IMG/VR virus record: IMGVR_UViG_3300043773_001986
Strand: one strand, 5' to 3'
Length of the DNA stretch: 20,000 nucleotides
Origin: an uncultured virus (IMG/VR IMGVR_UViG_3300043773_001986)
Lineage: Duplodnaviria; Heunggongvirae; Uroviricota; Caudoviricetes
In this document: one piece after another, positions 1-9,344 of the stretch
Layout of the letters: each line of letters starts with the position of its first letter
How positions within the stretch are numbered: the stretch's first letter is position 1
Program-made: the position numbers and the translations under genes
Notes under the pieces: generated by a model
The model's input: the letters and a program-made list of their open reading frames with translations, nothing else
Told to the model about the DNA's origin: nothing
Database searches by the model: none

Positions 1-1145
1 GTGAACGTATAAACCCTAGTTTTTTTATCAGTCAAAACTATAAAATTTTGTGTGTCCATATTTCTATTGAACCAAGATTGATTTCCTGCATAAAAATAAA
101 CATCACCATAGTATTCCGCTAAGTTAACTCTATAACTTTCACAATCACTCAATGGTTGTAAGTTTTCTTTTGCAAAAGTGTCCATTTTATTTTTAATAAA
201 AATGTCCAATCTATCTTTCATTTCCATCAACGTTAGTTCAGGAAAATCATCAGGTATGATACCTTTTGATTTATATTCACTATAAACTTCTTGAATCTTT
301 TGATACCCTCTAGTAACTGTTCTATCTTGTACGTTTGCTGACTGATTGGGGACACCACTTCTTTCTTGTATTCTAAGATTTGTTTTATACATATAAGGTG
401 TAGCTAATAGACCAGCCATTGTAATTTCAGTCATTACATTATATTTGTATGTATAAAATTGTAAGTCCACATCGAAGTTACCCGAACCAGTATTAAATGA
501 AGCACCAAATTTATACAACATCAATGGTAACCTGATTGCTTTACCTAGATACCCCTTTAGTGTTAGATAGAATAAAGGATATGGTAGGTTGAAGAAAACA
601 GCATATGGTGAACTATCACCTGATTCAAATAGAGCTTTACCTCTTATATCAATCATTTTTATTGATATAACTGGTTCAAATGCTGTGTTAATTGTGACAC
701 TAATTGACTTTATACCTAATAATCCAGTGTCAGTAGCACCAGGTTTACCACCAGTATTAATTGTTTGTCTTACATAGTAGTCATCACTTTTATTCGGATT
801 TTGAAATTGGTTTTTTATTGGTTGATTAATACCTTGACCTTTCAAAGAATCTTTCCCTGTTATTTCATCAGTCCATTTAGTATTAAGATAATCTTCTCCA
901 CCAGGTTGTAGAAAATTAAGAGATGCTACAGATACTGTTTGAATTGCATCATTAGCTGCAACACCCACGGCTAATTTAGTTCTTGGAACTACTTTACATT
1001 CCAAATTAGCATAATAAACCATATTCTCCATTCTGATGTGTCTGTCTTTTGCACGACCATCCTCATCAATAATTTTGTTTGGGTCAACTACTATAATGTT
1101 GTTATAGTCAAAATCGACTAATATATTTTCGGGTCTATCTACCAT
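1..1145 (-). CDS. Large virion/baseplate hub-like protein, truncated by the window edge (absent from ORF track)
   Basis: ATG at 1145 overlaps the end of the LysM-like gene; reads MVDRPENILVDFDYNNIIVVDPNK...GIKSISVTINTAFEPVISIKMIDIRGKALF...FFNLPYPLFYLTLKGYLG and continues off position 1. Hub call is from position after the LysM/gp53-like gene. Confidence 0.65.
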   Translation of the reverse strand, partial: MVDRPENILVDFDYNNIIVVDPNKIIDEDGRAKDRHIRMENMVYYANLECKVVPRTKLAVGVAANDAIQTVSVASLNFLQPGGEDYLNTKWTDEITGKDSLKGQGINQPIKNQFQNPNKSDDYYVRQTINTGGKPGATDTGLLGIKSISVTINTAFEPVISIKMIDIRGKALFESGDSSPYAVFFNLPYPLFYLTLKGYLGKAIRLPLMLYKFGASFNTGSGNFDVDLQFYTYKYNVMTEITMAGLLATPYMYKTNLRIQERSGVPNQSANVQDRTVTRGYQKIQEVYSEYKSKGIIPDDFPELTLMEMKDRLDIFIKNKMDTFAKENLQPLSDCESYRVNLAEYYGDVYFYAGNQSWFNRNMDTQNFIVLTDKKTRVYTF

Positions 1146-1458
1146 AATAGAAGAAATGATTGTTTAATTGGGATTTGTAATCTTGTAAAGAAGTTACTAA
1201 CGGATATGGTATTGTCAATATAGAACCATCAGGTATGTTCCATTCTTGTCCACCATATTGTGGATTAGCCATCAAGATTAACCAACCGAAAGTTGGAGAA
1301 CCATAATATTGTTGTGACACTTTATCCATTCTGGACATCCCAATTTTATAAATGTATCTTTTATCACTACTTTTGTTTGGTAGTTGAATATATGGAACAA
1401 TCGTTTGTTGTCCGTTTAAAAGAAAATCTGCGTATCTGTTATATGTTTGTCTTGCCAT
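1135..1458 (-). CDS. LysM-like baseplate wedge protein (T4 gp53 / P2 gpX-like)
   Basis: 107 aa; YIYKIGMSRMDKVSQQYYGSPTFGWLILMANP...IPDGSILTIP matches the LysM pattern; baseplate context. Confidence 0.8.
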   Translation of the reverse strand: MARQTYNRYADFLLNGQQTIVPYIQLPNKSSDKRYIYKIGMSRMDKVSQQYYGSPTFGWLILMANPQYGGQEWNIPDGSILTIPYPLVTSLQDYKSQLNNHFFYYGR

Positions 1459-1461
1459 AAT

Positions 1462-4400
1462 TTAACTATTGAATGAAACTTTTCCATCAAATGTTTGAGT
1501 ATCTTGATTAGTATTAGTGGTACTAAAAACATTTTTTATATTTGTTTCTTGTGTTGCATTAGTATTTTGGTTAGGTATCGTTGTATAATTAAATTTTCTT
1601 GTTTTACCTTTAGGATAAAGTTTTTCGTCAGGACTACTTAAGAAATTTTTTAAATATTTATCTTTTCTTAGTTCTTTGAACATTTTTTCCTCTTCCGCTA
1701 ATTCCTTATCATATTTATTAGCTAACTTATTTACTATCTGTGTAAATTGATTTTTTAAATTTAGTGGGTCTGAAATTTTAAGAAGTTCCCCTTTAATTAT
1801 ACTATTAATAAAACCATCCCTTTTATTTTTATCAGAGAATATTCTTGATATAACCATAAAGAAAAGAAGTTCAGAATTATCTTTAAATAAAGAATCATTC
1901 AATGGAAAAATTTCATCTAAACCTTCTTCTGTTGTTATAATTGTATATTTTGCCTCAGTTTCCAATCCTGACAAATAATCATTATAGTCAATCAATGCTT
2001 CGTAAACTTTCTCATAATCATAAGATAATTCCTCAGTAGTGTTAGTTGGTTTTGGACTACTTTCCAAACTTGATGCTGTTACTTCTGAAGTACCTGTTAA
2101 GTTATAAACTCTCGGTTTATTACCATTCAAAAGTTTTCCATCAGTATTTTCACTTATTAAATTTATTTGTCGTATTAAGTAAACAAAATCTTGTTCAAAC
2201 TTTATAAACTCTTGTGTTATAGTTGTAATACCATTCTCAAATTCAGATTGAAGTGTTTTAAAATACTCTTTCATATTTTGTTTAACTCCTTTAATTGCTG
2301 GTGAATCTAATCCAAATTTTTTAGCATTTAATTCTTCAATAATTATGTTAGCATCATCATCAATATCATCAGTTACATTTTTAAATAAAGTGGCCAATGT
2401 TTCACCAACACTAGATGGTGCACCCCAGATTGGTGTATCTTGGTTTGCCCAAGTTGCTCCTTTCATTAAACCAGTCGTATATAATCTTTTTTGATTCACC
2501 AATTGTAGAATTCCATAATTATAATTTAGTGTAATCTTTTCTAATGTATTAAGTGTGTTATTGAAATAACCTACACTTTGGTCTATTAATGTGTCCATTA
2601 CTTTTCCGTATGAGATTTCACCATTTTGACCATTAGGTACTGGTATATTTGTAATAATTTCACCTATAGTTGAACCACCAGGATTTGTCTGTGGTGGTGT
2701 TGAATTTTGAGTTGTCGCAGCTTCTTCTCCTGCGGTTAAAGAAGTAATAATTTCTTGGTCTACAACTTTATAACTTTCATCAGTAGGTGTTGCTCTTTCA
2801 TCATATATTTCTGTGTTAGCATAATAGTTGAATGATAAAGCATTCTGTAATTGTTCTACAGGACCTTTAAGACCCATACCACCAATAATGTCAAATCCCA
2901 TTTTTACTGAAACTATCATTGGTTGTAATCCAATACCTTCAGGATTCATATCAAATTGACCATCTTTTTCGTATGTAAAACTAACACTTTTAGGTATTAT
3001 CTTTGTATTGTAAAAATCTCCTATTCTAAGTATTAGAACTGGTGGTGCACCAAATGCAGTATTTTGAGCATCATTGTATCTTGGTTTACCATCAGGACCT
3101 ATTGTTGGTATCGTTTCACCAGGTTTTGTACATTGATTCAAGAAAGTTAGACGAGCATTTAAGCCTTCAGGTGTCATAGAATGGAAAGCCGGATTGAAAT
3201 ACTTTATTTTTTCAACAATTGAAGTATATACCATAGGATTTTCTTCCTTCAATACTTCAAAATAATCACATTCACTAAATAAGTTTCTCAATATTTTTTT
3301 ACCAATACCATCTTTAAGTTTTTTAACAATATCTACAGTTGGTTGAACTCTATCTACAGGTCTACTTGATACAACATCAACTTGTTGTGTTTTGACTTCT
3401 TTTTGTTCTTCAACATTCGGTTGTTCAATAGTTTCAATATCGGGTACATCAACAACAATTGATTTTATTATAACTCTTCTACAAGCCATTGCATTTACAG
3501 AATATACTTGTGATTGAAAAGTGATAGCACCAGTTGTACTTTTAATATCCTCAGTACAATTTACTTCAAAACCTGGTGTACCATCTGCCGATTTGGGAAC
3601 AACACTTTTAGCTTGTTCACCACTTGCAATTTCTTTAATTATTAGTTTTTTATCATCAATAAATTTTTGTAAATTAGCATCTCCGATTTTAAAAGATTTT
3701 AAGAAACTTTCAACTGAATCTATTCTTCTTTGTGACAATTTTTTATTGTAATCAACTGACGCAGTCGCTGAGGCAGCACCCTCCATTTCTATAGTAATAG
3801 TTCCTTTTTTATTATTCAATAAATCAAAGGCATCAGTAATAAAATTCTTTTGTCCACTTGAAACTTTTTCATAATTTGTTTTTACAACAGAATCGAAAAA
3901 CTCGTTGACATTTTTGGCTCTATTACAAAATTCAACATTTTGTTTACAATAAGTTCCACCTGAAGCAAAAGCTGATTCAGCATTCGTTTTATAAGTTTCT
4001 TTTTTTGAAATATAACCATCATAAGTACTATTATATGGAATATCACCAGATGATGGAATATCATTGTCAAAATAAAAACCTATACCTAAATAGGCATCAA
4101 CAAAAGCTTGTTTAGCTGGGTCTGGTGTAGTTTTTTTGACACCCTGAGGTGGAGTAACATTTCCTCCATCTTGTCCTCCAAGTGGTACATTTTCTTTTGA
4201 TATTTCTGTTATAACTTGACCAAGTTCTTCTTTGGTTAATCTTGGATTATTAATAACCTCTTGGTATGTATATAATTCAGACAATGGTATTGTATTAAAT
4301 TTTTTAGCTAATTCGTAAATGTCAAATTTTACACAACCTGCAAAAAATGAATCAACTATTGAATCAATTTTTTCTTTAGTTTGACCCTTAAGTTGTTTTT

Positions 4401-6501
4401 GAACAATTGTGTTCATAACAGAAGGATGGTCGACTATGATTTTCCAATTTACTGAACCACTTCTACTTGATTTTGAGTAAGTATATATAGGTTCAGGTCT
4501 ACCAATAAAAGTTGTTGCATCGAAGGATACATCAGCACTATCTTCAAATGTTAAATCATAGGGTGGGAACCACATAATTCTACCACCATTAGGTCCTCTT
4601 TCACATGCAGGTAAATCATCATATGTAAACCCAGGTTTACTTGATGTTCTCCAAGCAAGATTTTCAATTGAGAACATATATTTTTTAGCAACAACTTGAC
4701 CTTTTGCATTTGGTTGTAGATTTGTTGAACCAGGATTTTTGAGTGGTGCTATGTTTAAATTATAAGTGTTGTCCAATACAGAATAGTCAAATCTTCTACC
4801 TGATTTAGTAATACCATCTGATTTCTGTAAATCACCATAAGTGTAATAAGGTGTATCTTTTGCAAATACCCTACAATATTCAATACCCGCTTCAGCACCA
4901 GTAGTGTTATCTCTATATGATAAAACTCTTGAACCTTTTGTTAATTCTTTATATCCATCGTTGAAAACTTTACTAACTTGATTAATTGCATTTCCAACGT
5001 GTTTTAATCTCGAAATACCATTAACTAAATCCGCCGAATTAACAAGACGTTGAGTTGCATCTAAAATAGAACTTTCTTTGAATTGTAAATTTGTTGATTC
5101 GTTACTTGTATATTGTGAACTTATTAAATTAAATTCCTCATCTTGTGAACCAGTACCACCACCAGGTGTTGCTTTAAAACCAGCATCACTTTTATATTTA
5201 GGTGAAACCCACACAAATTGACCATCAATACCTCCACCATCAGATGATGATTTACCAGCCAAACCAAAATTTAATCGACCAATATTTCCTTCATATAAAC
5301 TACCCAACTCACTAGGTCCATAAACCGGTGTTTGTACTTGTCTTCCGAATGGGTCAATAGGTATTTGTAAAGGTGGTGATGTAATAGTCGATGGTTCAGA
5401 TGTTCTACTACCCACATAGTAACCACCATTCAAAGTACCATTTTGATTTATTGTACTTTCAGTTTGTGCAAATTGTGAAGTTCTTGTATATTGTGCTCTA
5501 TATCTATTATAATCAATATTAGCAAATAAAGCTGATTGTTGACCTGTACCAGTGTTATCAATGAAATTCTGTGATGGATTCGTTGTAATATTTAAGGTGA
5601 GTGGTAAACCTCCACCTCCAGTTGTTAAATTAGGTACGTTAAGAGCTAATGATATTTGTGTGGATGAACCAGCATTAAAAAGTACAGGGTCAAAATAATC
5701 ACCAGCAATAGGTGATACAGGAAAATATGCACCCCCCAAACTTTGTATAAATGGTGATTCATTAGTTGGTGTTGTTGGTACTGTAATAGTCCAATTTTTA
5801 GACCTCAAGGGTTCTTTACCCGCAATAATTAAAGAAATATCAAAAGGGTCACTTGTTGTATCAAGAGTCAAAGTGCCTTGTGTATTTCTTCTTGTATCAG
5901 CATCAACTCTGTCCTGAAAAAGTTTTTTTAAAGTTTGAGCCCCAAGCTTAGCTAAATATGAATCTTGTGATAATAATCCACTATCACCAGCGGGGTCAGG
6001 AGAAATTAGAATCTGATATGGACTATAGGAAGAGGGTACAAAAGTTGGGGGATTCCAATATGGTGTATATAACTTATTATTGTTTTGTATGTTATCAATA
6101 ATAACCATATCATTGAATCCTCCCACAGGACCATATCTGTTTTCGATATATGCTGCGTCAATAAAAAATTCATTAACTAAATCTAGTACTGTGTCGTTTG
6201 GACTATATTCACCTTGATTAGAACTATTAATTATTGGTGGGTTATTGTATGTGATTGTATAATTATATCCACCTTCAGGTCCATACTCATTCAACGGATA
6301 AAGTTGTCTTACAAATGGATTCTGTGAGATTAAATCATCAGGTGAATTAATAACATTGTAATCACTTAAACTTGTTTCATATGTTCTAGTACCAACAGGT
6401 GCTGTATAAACACCAGTCACTGCATAGGGGGGTAAATTCCTATTCAGTAAACTATTTCTAAAACTTGATGTTGATGCAAACGATAATGAACTTTCGGACA
6501 T
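1462..6501 (-). CDS. Large baseplate / tube-initiator-like protein with internal OmpA-like domain
   Basis: 1679 aa; tube-initiator-like segments (FPPYDLTF...FIGRPEPIYTYSKSSRSG; PPVLILRIGDFYNTKII...QPMIVSVKMGF) flank FYFDND...GAASATASVDYNKKLSQRRIDSV...CRRV; lies between the tape measure and LysM genes. Confidence 0.7.
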   Translation of the reverse strand: MSESSLSFASTSSFRNSLLNRNLPPYAVTGVYTAPVGTRTYETSLSDYNVINSPDDLISQNPFVRQLYPLNEYGPEGGYNYTITYNNPPIINSSNQGEYSPNDTVLDLVNEFFIDAAYIENRYGPVGGFNDMVIIDNIQNNNKLYTPYWNPPTFVPSSYSPYQILISPDPAGDSGLLSQDSYLAKLGAQTLKKLFQDRVDADTRRNTQGTLTLDTTSDPFDISLIIAGKEPLRSKNWTITVPTTPTNESPFIQSLGGAYFPVSPIAGDYFDPVLFNAGSSTQISLALNVPNLTTGGGGLPLTLNITTNPSQNFIDNTGTGQQSALFANIDYNRYRAQYTRTSQFAQTESTINQNGTLNGGYYVGSRTSEPSTITSPPLQIPIDPFGRQVQTPVYGPSELGSLYEGNIGRLNFGLAGKSSSDGGGIDGQFVWVSPKYKSDAGFKATPGGGTGSQDEEFNLISSQYTSNESTNLQFKESSILDATQRLVNSADLVNGISRLKHVGNAINQVSKVFNDGYKELTKGSRVLSYRDNTTGAEAGIEYCRVFAKDTPYYTYGDLQKSDGITKSGRRFDYSVLDNTYNLNIAPLKNPGSTNLQPNAKGQVVAKKYMFSIENLAWRTSSKPGFTYDDLPACERGPNGGRIMWFPPYDLTFEDSADVSFDATTFIGRPEPIYTYSKSSRSGSVNWKIIVDHPSVMNTIVQKQLKGQTKEKIDSIVDSFFAGCVKFDIYELAKKFNTIPLSELYTYQEVINNPRLTKEELGQVITEISKENVPLGGQDGGNVTPPQGVKKTTPDPAKQAFVDAYLGIGFYFDNDIPSSGDIPYNSTYDGYISKKETYKTNAESAFASGGTYCKQNVEFCNRAKNVNEFFDSVVKTNYEKVSSGQKNFITDAFDLLNNKKGTITIEMEGAASATASVDYNKKLSQRRIDSVESFLKSFKIGDANLQKFIDDKKLIIKEIASGEQAKSVVPKSADGTPGFEVNCTEDIKSTTGAITFQSQVYSVNAMACRRVIIKSIVVDVPDIETIEQPNVEEQKEVKTQQVDVVSSRPVDRVQPTVDIVKKLKDGIGKKILRNLFSECDYFEVLKEENPMVYTSIVEKIKYFNPAFHSMTPEGLNARLTFLNQCTKPGETIPTIGPDGKPRYNDAQNTAFGAPPVLILRIGDFYNTKIIPKSVSFTYEKDGQFDMNPEGIGLQPMIVSVKMGFDIIGGMGLKGPVEQLQNALSFNYYANTEIYDERATPTDESYKVVDQEIITSLTAGEEAATTQNSTPPQTNPGGSTIGEIITNIPVPNGQNGEISYGKVMDTLIDQSVGYFNNTLNTLEKITLNYNYGILQLVNQKRLYTTGLMKGATWANQDTPIWGAPSSVGETLATLFKNVTDDIDDDANIIIEELNAKKFGLDSPAIKGVKQNMKEYFKTLQSEFENGITTITQEFIKFEQDFVYLIRQINLISENTDGKLLNGNKPRVYNLTGTSEVTASSLESSPKPTNTTEELSYDYEKVYEALIDYNDYLSGLETEAKYTIITTEEGLDEIFPLNDSLFKDNSELLFFMVISRIFSDKNKRDGFINSIIKGELLKISDPLNLKNQFTQIVNKLANKYDKELAEEEKMFKELRKDKYLKNFLSSPDEKLYPKGKTRKFNYTTIPNQNTNATQETNIKNVFSTTNTNQDTQTFDGKVSFNS

Positions 6502-6539
6502 AATCTTATTTTAAAATAAATAGATGAATTTTTTTTTTA

Positions 6540-8351
6540 TCATCTACCAAAATTCATATTTTGTTGTGATGGAGTTTGTTTACCTGTTGGGTCTTTGGCC
6601 ATTTGAGCAATCATTTGAATAAACTCAGGTTTTTTCATAAGTTCATTCAACACTCTTTCGACCTCAGTGGTATTTACACCAGGTGGGGCTGAAAAAGTTA
6701 CATTTAAATTACCACTATAATTTAAGTTTTGAGTTGTTGGTGCTTGTACTTGTTTTTGTAATTTATCCAAATAACTCATTTCAGTTGTTTTCGGTGTTGT
6801 GGTAGTTGCTACTTGAGTTTTAGTTTTTTCATCCTCACCAGTCAAAATACTTCCAACTTTAGATTCTTTATACACAACACTAGCTTTTTCCATTTTTTCC
6901 TTAAACATATTGTAAAACTCGTTGGCCATATTACTGCCAGCCTCACCAGCTCCTTTGAAATCACCTTTGAATAAACTTTTAATCAAATCATCTGACTGAG
7001 TTCCAATACCTTGTCTAATTCCCTTTTCTGAAAATGTTTCTGTTTTTTCTTTACCTTCTTTATCCTTAGTTGTTCTCTTTAATACTTCGATACCATTTTT
7101 ATAAATTTCTATCTCAGCCCTACTTAATCTTTCACCACCTTTGGATGCTGCTAAACCATAACCCATAGTGTCAGCAATCATAGCCAACAATATTTCTTGG
7201 TTTTCTTGGACAGTAAGTTGTTCTTTTGCCAACTCTTCCATCGTTTTAGGTTCTTGGTCTTTCATAAATTTGTCTAAAGCATCTTTGTCTTTAGCAAAAG
7301 TTTCCATAGCTTTATCTATTCCCATTTGAGTACCATCAACGGTTAAAGTCATTTCACCACCAGGACCTATTTCTGATAAATTAGCTATGAAGTTTCTTTG
7401 TTCTTCAGTAAATGTTGCAGGAAATTTAATTTTACTCAATTTCATATCGAGTTCTTTTGAGCCAGTTGCCATTTTTGCTAATTCATCATAACTCATTCCC
7501 ATTTCTTTGGCAATCTCTCTTAGTTGTCTTTTTGCACCAGGCATAATTTCGAAACGACCATCTTTATTAAGCTGAACAAATTTTTCTGACATTTTGGACA
7601 TTTGATTCATCAATTCACCAGGGTCATTCTGTGCCATATCCATCAATCGAAGTGGGTCTAATAATTCAGATTGTGTAACACCTAATCTTTGTAATGCCGC
7701 CGACATTTCTATAGCTTTGTCAGGTTCGAATAAACTTTCGGATAATGTAAAAACTTCTTCCATATTTATTCTTAAAACTTTAGCCTGAGCTACCATTTTA
7801 GTTAACCCTTCTATACCACCTTTAAAATTAAATGTATTAAGTTTAGTTAAATTTTTTGCTACCTCATCTGAAACACCTTGAGCATTAACTCCCATTTTTC
7901 TTGAGATGTCAACTACTTTCTGCATTTGGTCTTGTACACCCATATATGAAACACCAACATCTTTGAATTTTTTTGCCATATCATCAACTTCCAAACCAGT
8001 AACCTTAGCTGTTGCTATTAATCCTTTATACGCTTGATTATTTAATATGACATTCCTACCCAAATCAGAGGATATTGATGTTTGAATAGCTGATATATCA
8101 GAAAATTTTCCACCCAATTCTTTAACATCACCAACAACATCTGTCATTGCTGCTTTTATGCTCAATATATTAGTTCTACCAACACCAAAAGATTTTGCGA
8201 CACCAATTGCAGCACCCTCTACTTCATCAAAAACTTTTTTTAAACTAGCAGGTTTTACATTTGATAATACAGCGTCACCAAAGTTTTCTCCAATTTCCTG
8301 AAATTGTTTTTCTATACCACTTAAGAGTGATTTACCATCGTCTCCACCCAT
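6540..8351 (-). CDS. Tape measure-like protein
   Basis: 603 aa, helical-looking A/K/E/M/Q-rich sequence directly downstream of tube and chaperone genes. Confidence 0.7.
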   Translation of the reverse strand: MGGDDGKSLLSGIEKQFQEIGENFGDAVLSNVKPASLKKVFDEVEGAAIGVAKSFGVGRTNILSIKAAMTDVVGDVKELGGKFSDISAIQTSISSDLGRNVILNNQAYKGLIATAKVTGLEVDDMAKKFKDVGVSYMGVQDQMQKVVDISRKMGVNAQGVSDEVAKNLTKLNTFNFKGGIEGLTKMVAQAKVLRINMEEVFTLSESLFEPDKAIEMSAALQRLGVTQSELLDPLRLMDMAQNDPGELMNQMSKMSEKFVQLNKDGRFEIMPGAKRQLREIAKEMGMSYDELAKMATGSKELDMKLSKIKFPATFTEEQRNFIANLSEIGPGGEMTLTVDGTQMGIDKAMETFAKDKDALDKFMKDQEPKTMEELAKEQLTVQENQEILLAMIADTMGYGLAASKGGERLSRAEIEIYKNGIEVLKRTTKDKEGKEKTETFSEKGIRQGIGTQSDDLIKSLFKGDFKGAGEAGSNMANEFYNMFKEKMEKASVVYKESKVGSILTGEDEKTKTQVATTTTPKTTEMSYLDKLQKQVQAPTTQNLNYSGNLNVTFSAPPGVNTTEVERVLNELMKKPEFIQMIAQMAKDPTGKQTPSQQNMNFGR

Positions 8352-8372
8352 ATTTAAATTGTTTTATAAATA

Positions 8373-8413
8373 AATACCACACACCTTTTTTTATTTTTCA
8401 GATGTGTGGTATT
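8373..8413 (-). terminator. Stem-loop, possible intrinsic terminator at the end of the chaperone extension ORF
   Basis: 11-bp perfect inverted repeat AATACCACACA (8373-8383) / TGTGTGGTATT (8403-8413), extendable to 14 bp with a G-U pair on the minus-strand RNA, followed by UAUUUAU. Confidence 0.55.
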
Positions 8414-8549
8414 CTATAATTTTATTGACTAAATATTTTCTTGAGTATGTTGGTAAATTTAAAAAATCGGTATATGATGTATGAAGAAATTTACCCAATA
8501 AAAAATACTCATCTAATAATACTTCTCTATACTTAGAAGAAAGGGCGAA
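8391..8549 (-). CDS. Chaperone C-terminal extension (lambda gpT / T4 gp51-like) in the +1 frame, no ATG
   Basis: Reads (F)ALSSKYREVLLDEYFLLGKFLHTSYTDFLNLPTYSRKYLVNKIIEYHTSEK*, stop at 8391-8393; fills the gap between chaperone and tape measure genes. Confidence 0.75.
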   Translation of the reverse strand, partial: FALSSKYREVLLDEYFLLGKFLHTSYTDFLNLPTYSRKYLVNKIIEYHTSEK

Positions 8550-9291
8550 AAAATTCAACACCAAAGGTGACCTCCAAATTCACCTGTTCACCTGATGGTG
8601 CTCTAACAACTCTTTTTAAATCCAAAGATGGTTCATTTTCTTTTATGAATTTTTTAATAAATTTTGAATCCATAATTGGAAGATTATTTACCATTTGTGA
8701 AATTTTTTCTCTATCTGTCTCACCATTAATTTCAACAATATGTTTCATTAATTTCCAAGTAACTCTTGGAGGTGTCATATTAGTAGGATAACTTTCAACC
8801 ATTTTATCTATTTCAATGATTTCACCATAAGTCAGTGGTTTAAGTTTTACATTCGCTTCACTACGTGGTAATTTTACATTGTAATGTCCGTTTTCATCAG
8901 GTGTTGAATTTGGTTTAACAATATTTAATTCATCCAAAACTATTGTAGCTTCGAATGGTTTGTTTGTTAATGGGTCAGTCAATGTGAGTGTGTATTCAGG
9001 ACCGAAAGATGTATTTCTCAAATAAATTAGAATTGCTTCAACATCACCCTCTAAAAGTTCTTCGGGTCTGATATCTGTTTCGTAAAGTTTACTTCGTATT
9101 AAAGTAGTAACAACATTTACATTAGGATTAGAAATTCCCCCTAAAATTATGTTTTCATCATTAGCTGTAAGGTAACCAACTTTTACAGATTTCTTTTTGT
9201 TCTTATAAAAAATACCACCCGATGGTAAAGGAACTACATCGTGTGGTAAATTAAAATTTTCAGTACCGGCTTTTAATATATTAGCATCCAT
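8533..9291 (-). CDS. Tail assembly / baseplate hub assembly chaperone (T4 gp26-like)
   Basis: 252 aa; VPLPSGG...VKVGYLTANDENII...GDVEAILIYLRNTSFG, VKLPRS..VKLKPLT, C-terminal VEFFRPFF; between tube and tape measure. Confidence 0.8.
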   Translation of the reverse strand: MDANILKAGTENFNLPHDVVPLPSGGIFYKNKKKSVKVGYLTANDENIILGGISNPNVNVVTTLIRSKLYETDIRPEELLEGDVEAILIYLRNTSFGPEYTLTLTDPLTNKPFEATIVLDELNIVKPNSTPDENGHYNVKLPRSEANVKLKPLTYGEIIEIDKMVESYPTNMTPPRVTWKLMKHIVEINGETDREKISQMVNNLPIMDSKFIKKFIKENEPSLDLKRVVRAPSGEQVNLEVTFGVEFFRPFF

Positions 9292-9344
9292 TGTTTTTTT
9301 TATTATTAAAATAAACTAATAATAAAAAAATTAAATACTTTTTT

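Noticed and set aside
589..777. 62-aa plus-strand ORF
   Set aside because: Antisense shadow of the long minus-strand gene starting at 1145.
3521..4070. ORFs 3521-3751 (+) and 3882-4070 (-)
   Set aside because: Nested in the 1679-aa gene; no motifs.
8505..8553. Canonical -1 frameshift in the chaperone
   Set aside because: The -1 frame hits TAG after about 12 codons; only the +1/-2 frame gives a chaperone-like extension.
8567..8791. 74-aa plus-strand ORF
   Set aside because: Antisense to the chaperone gene.
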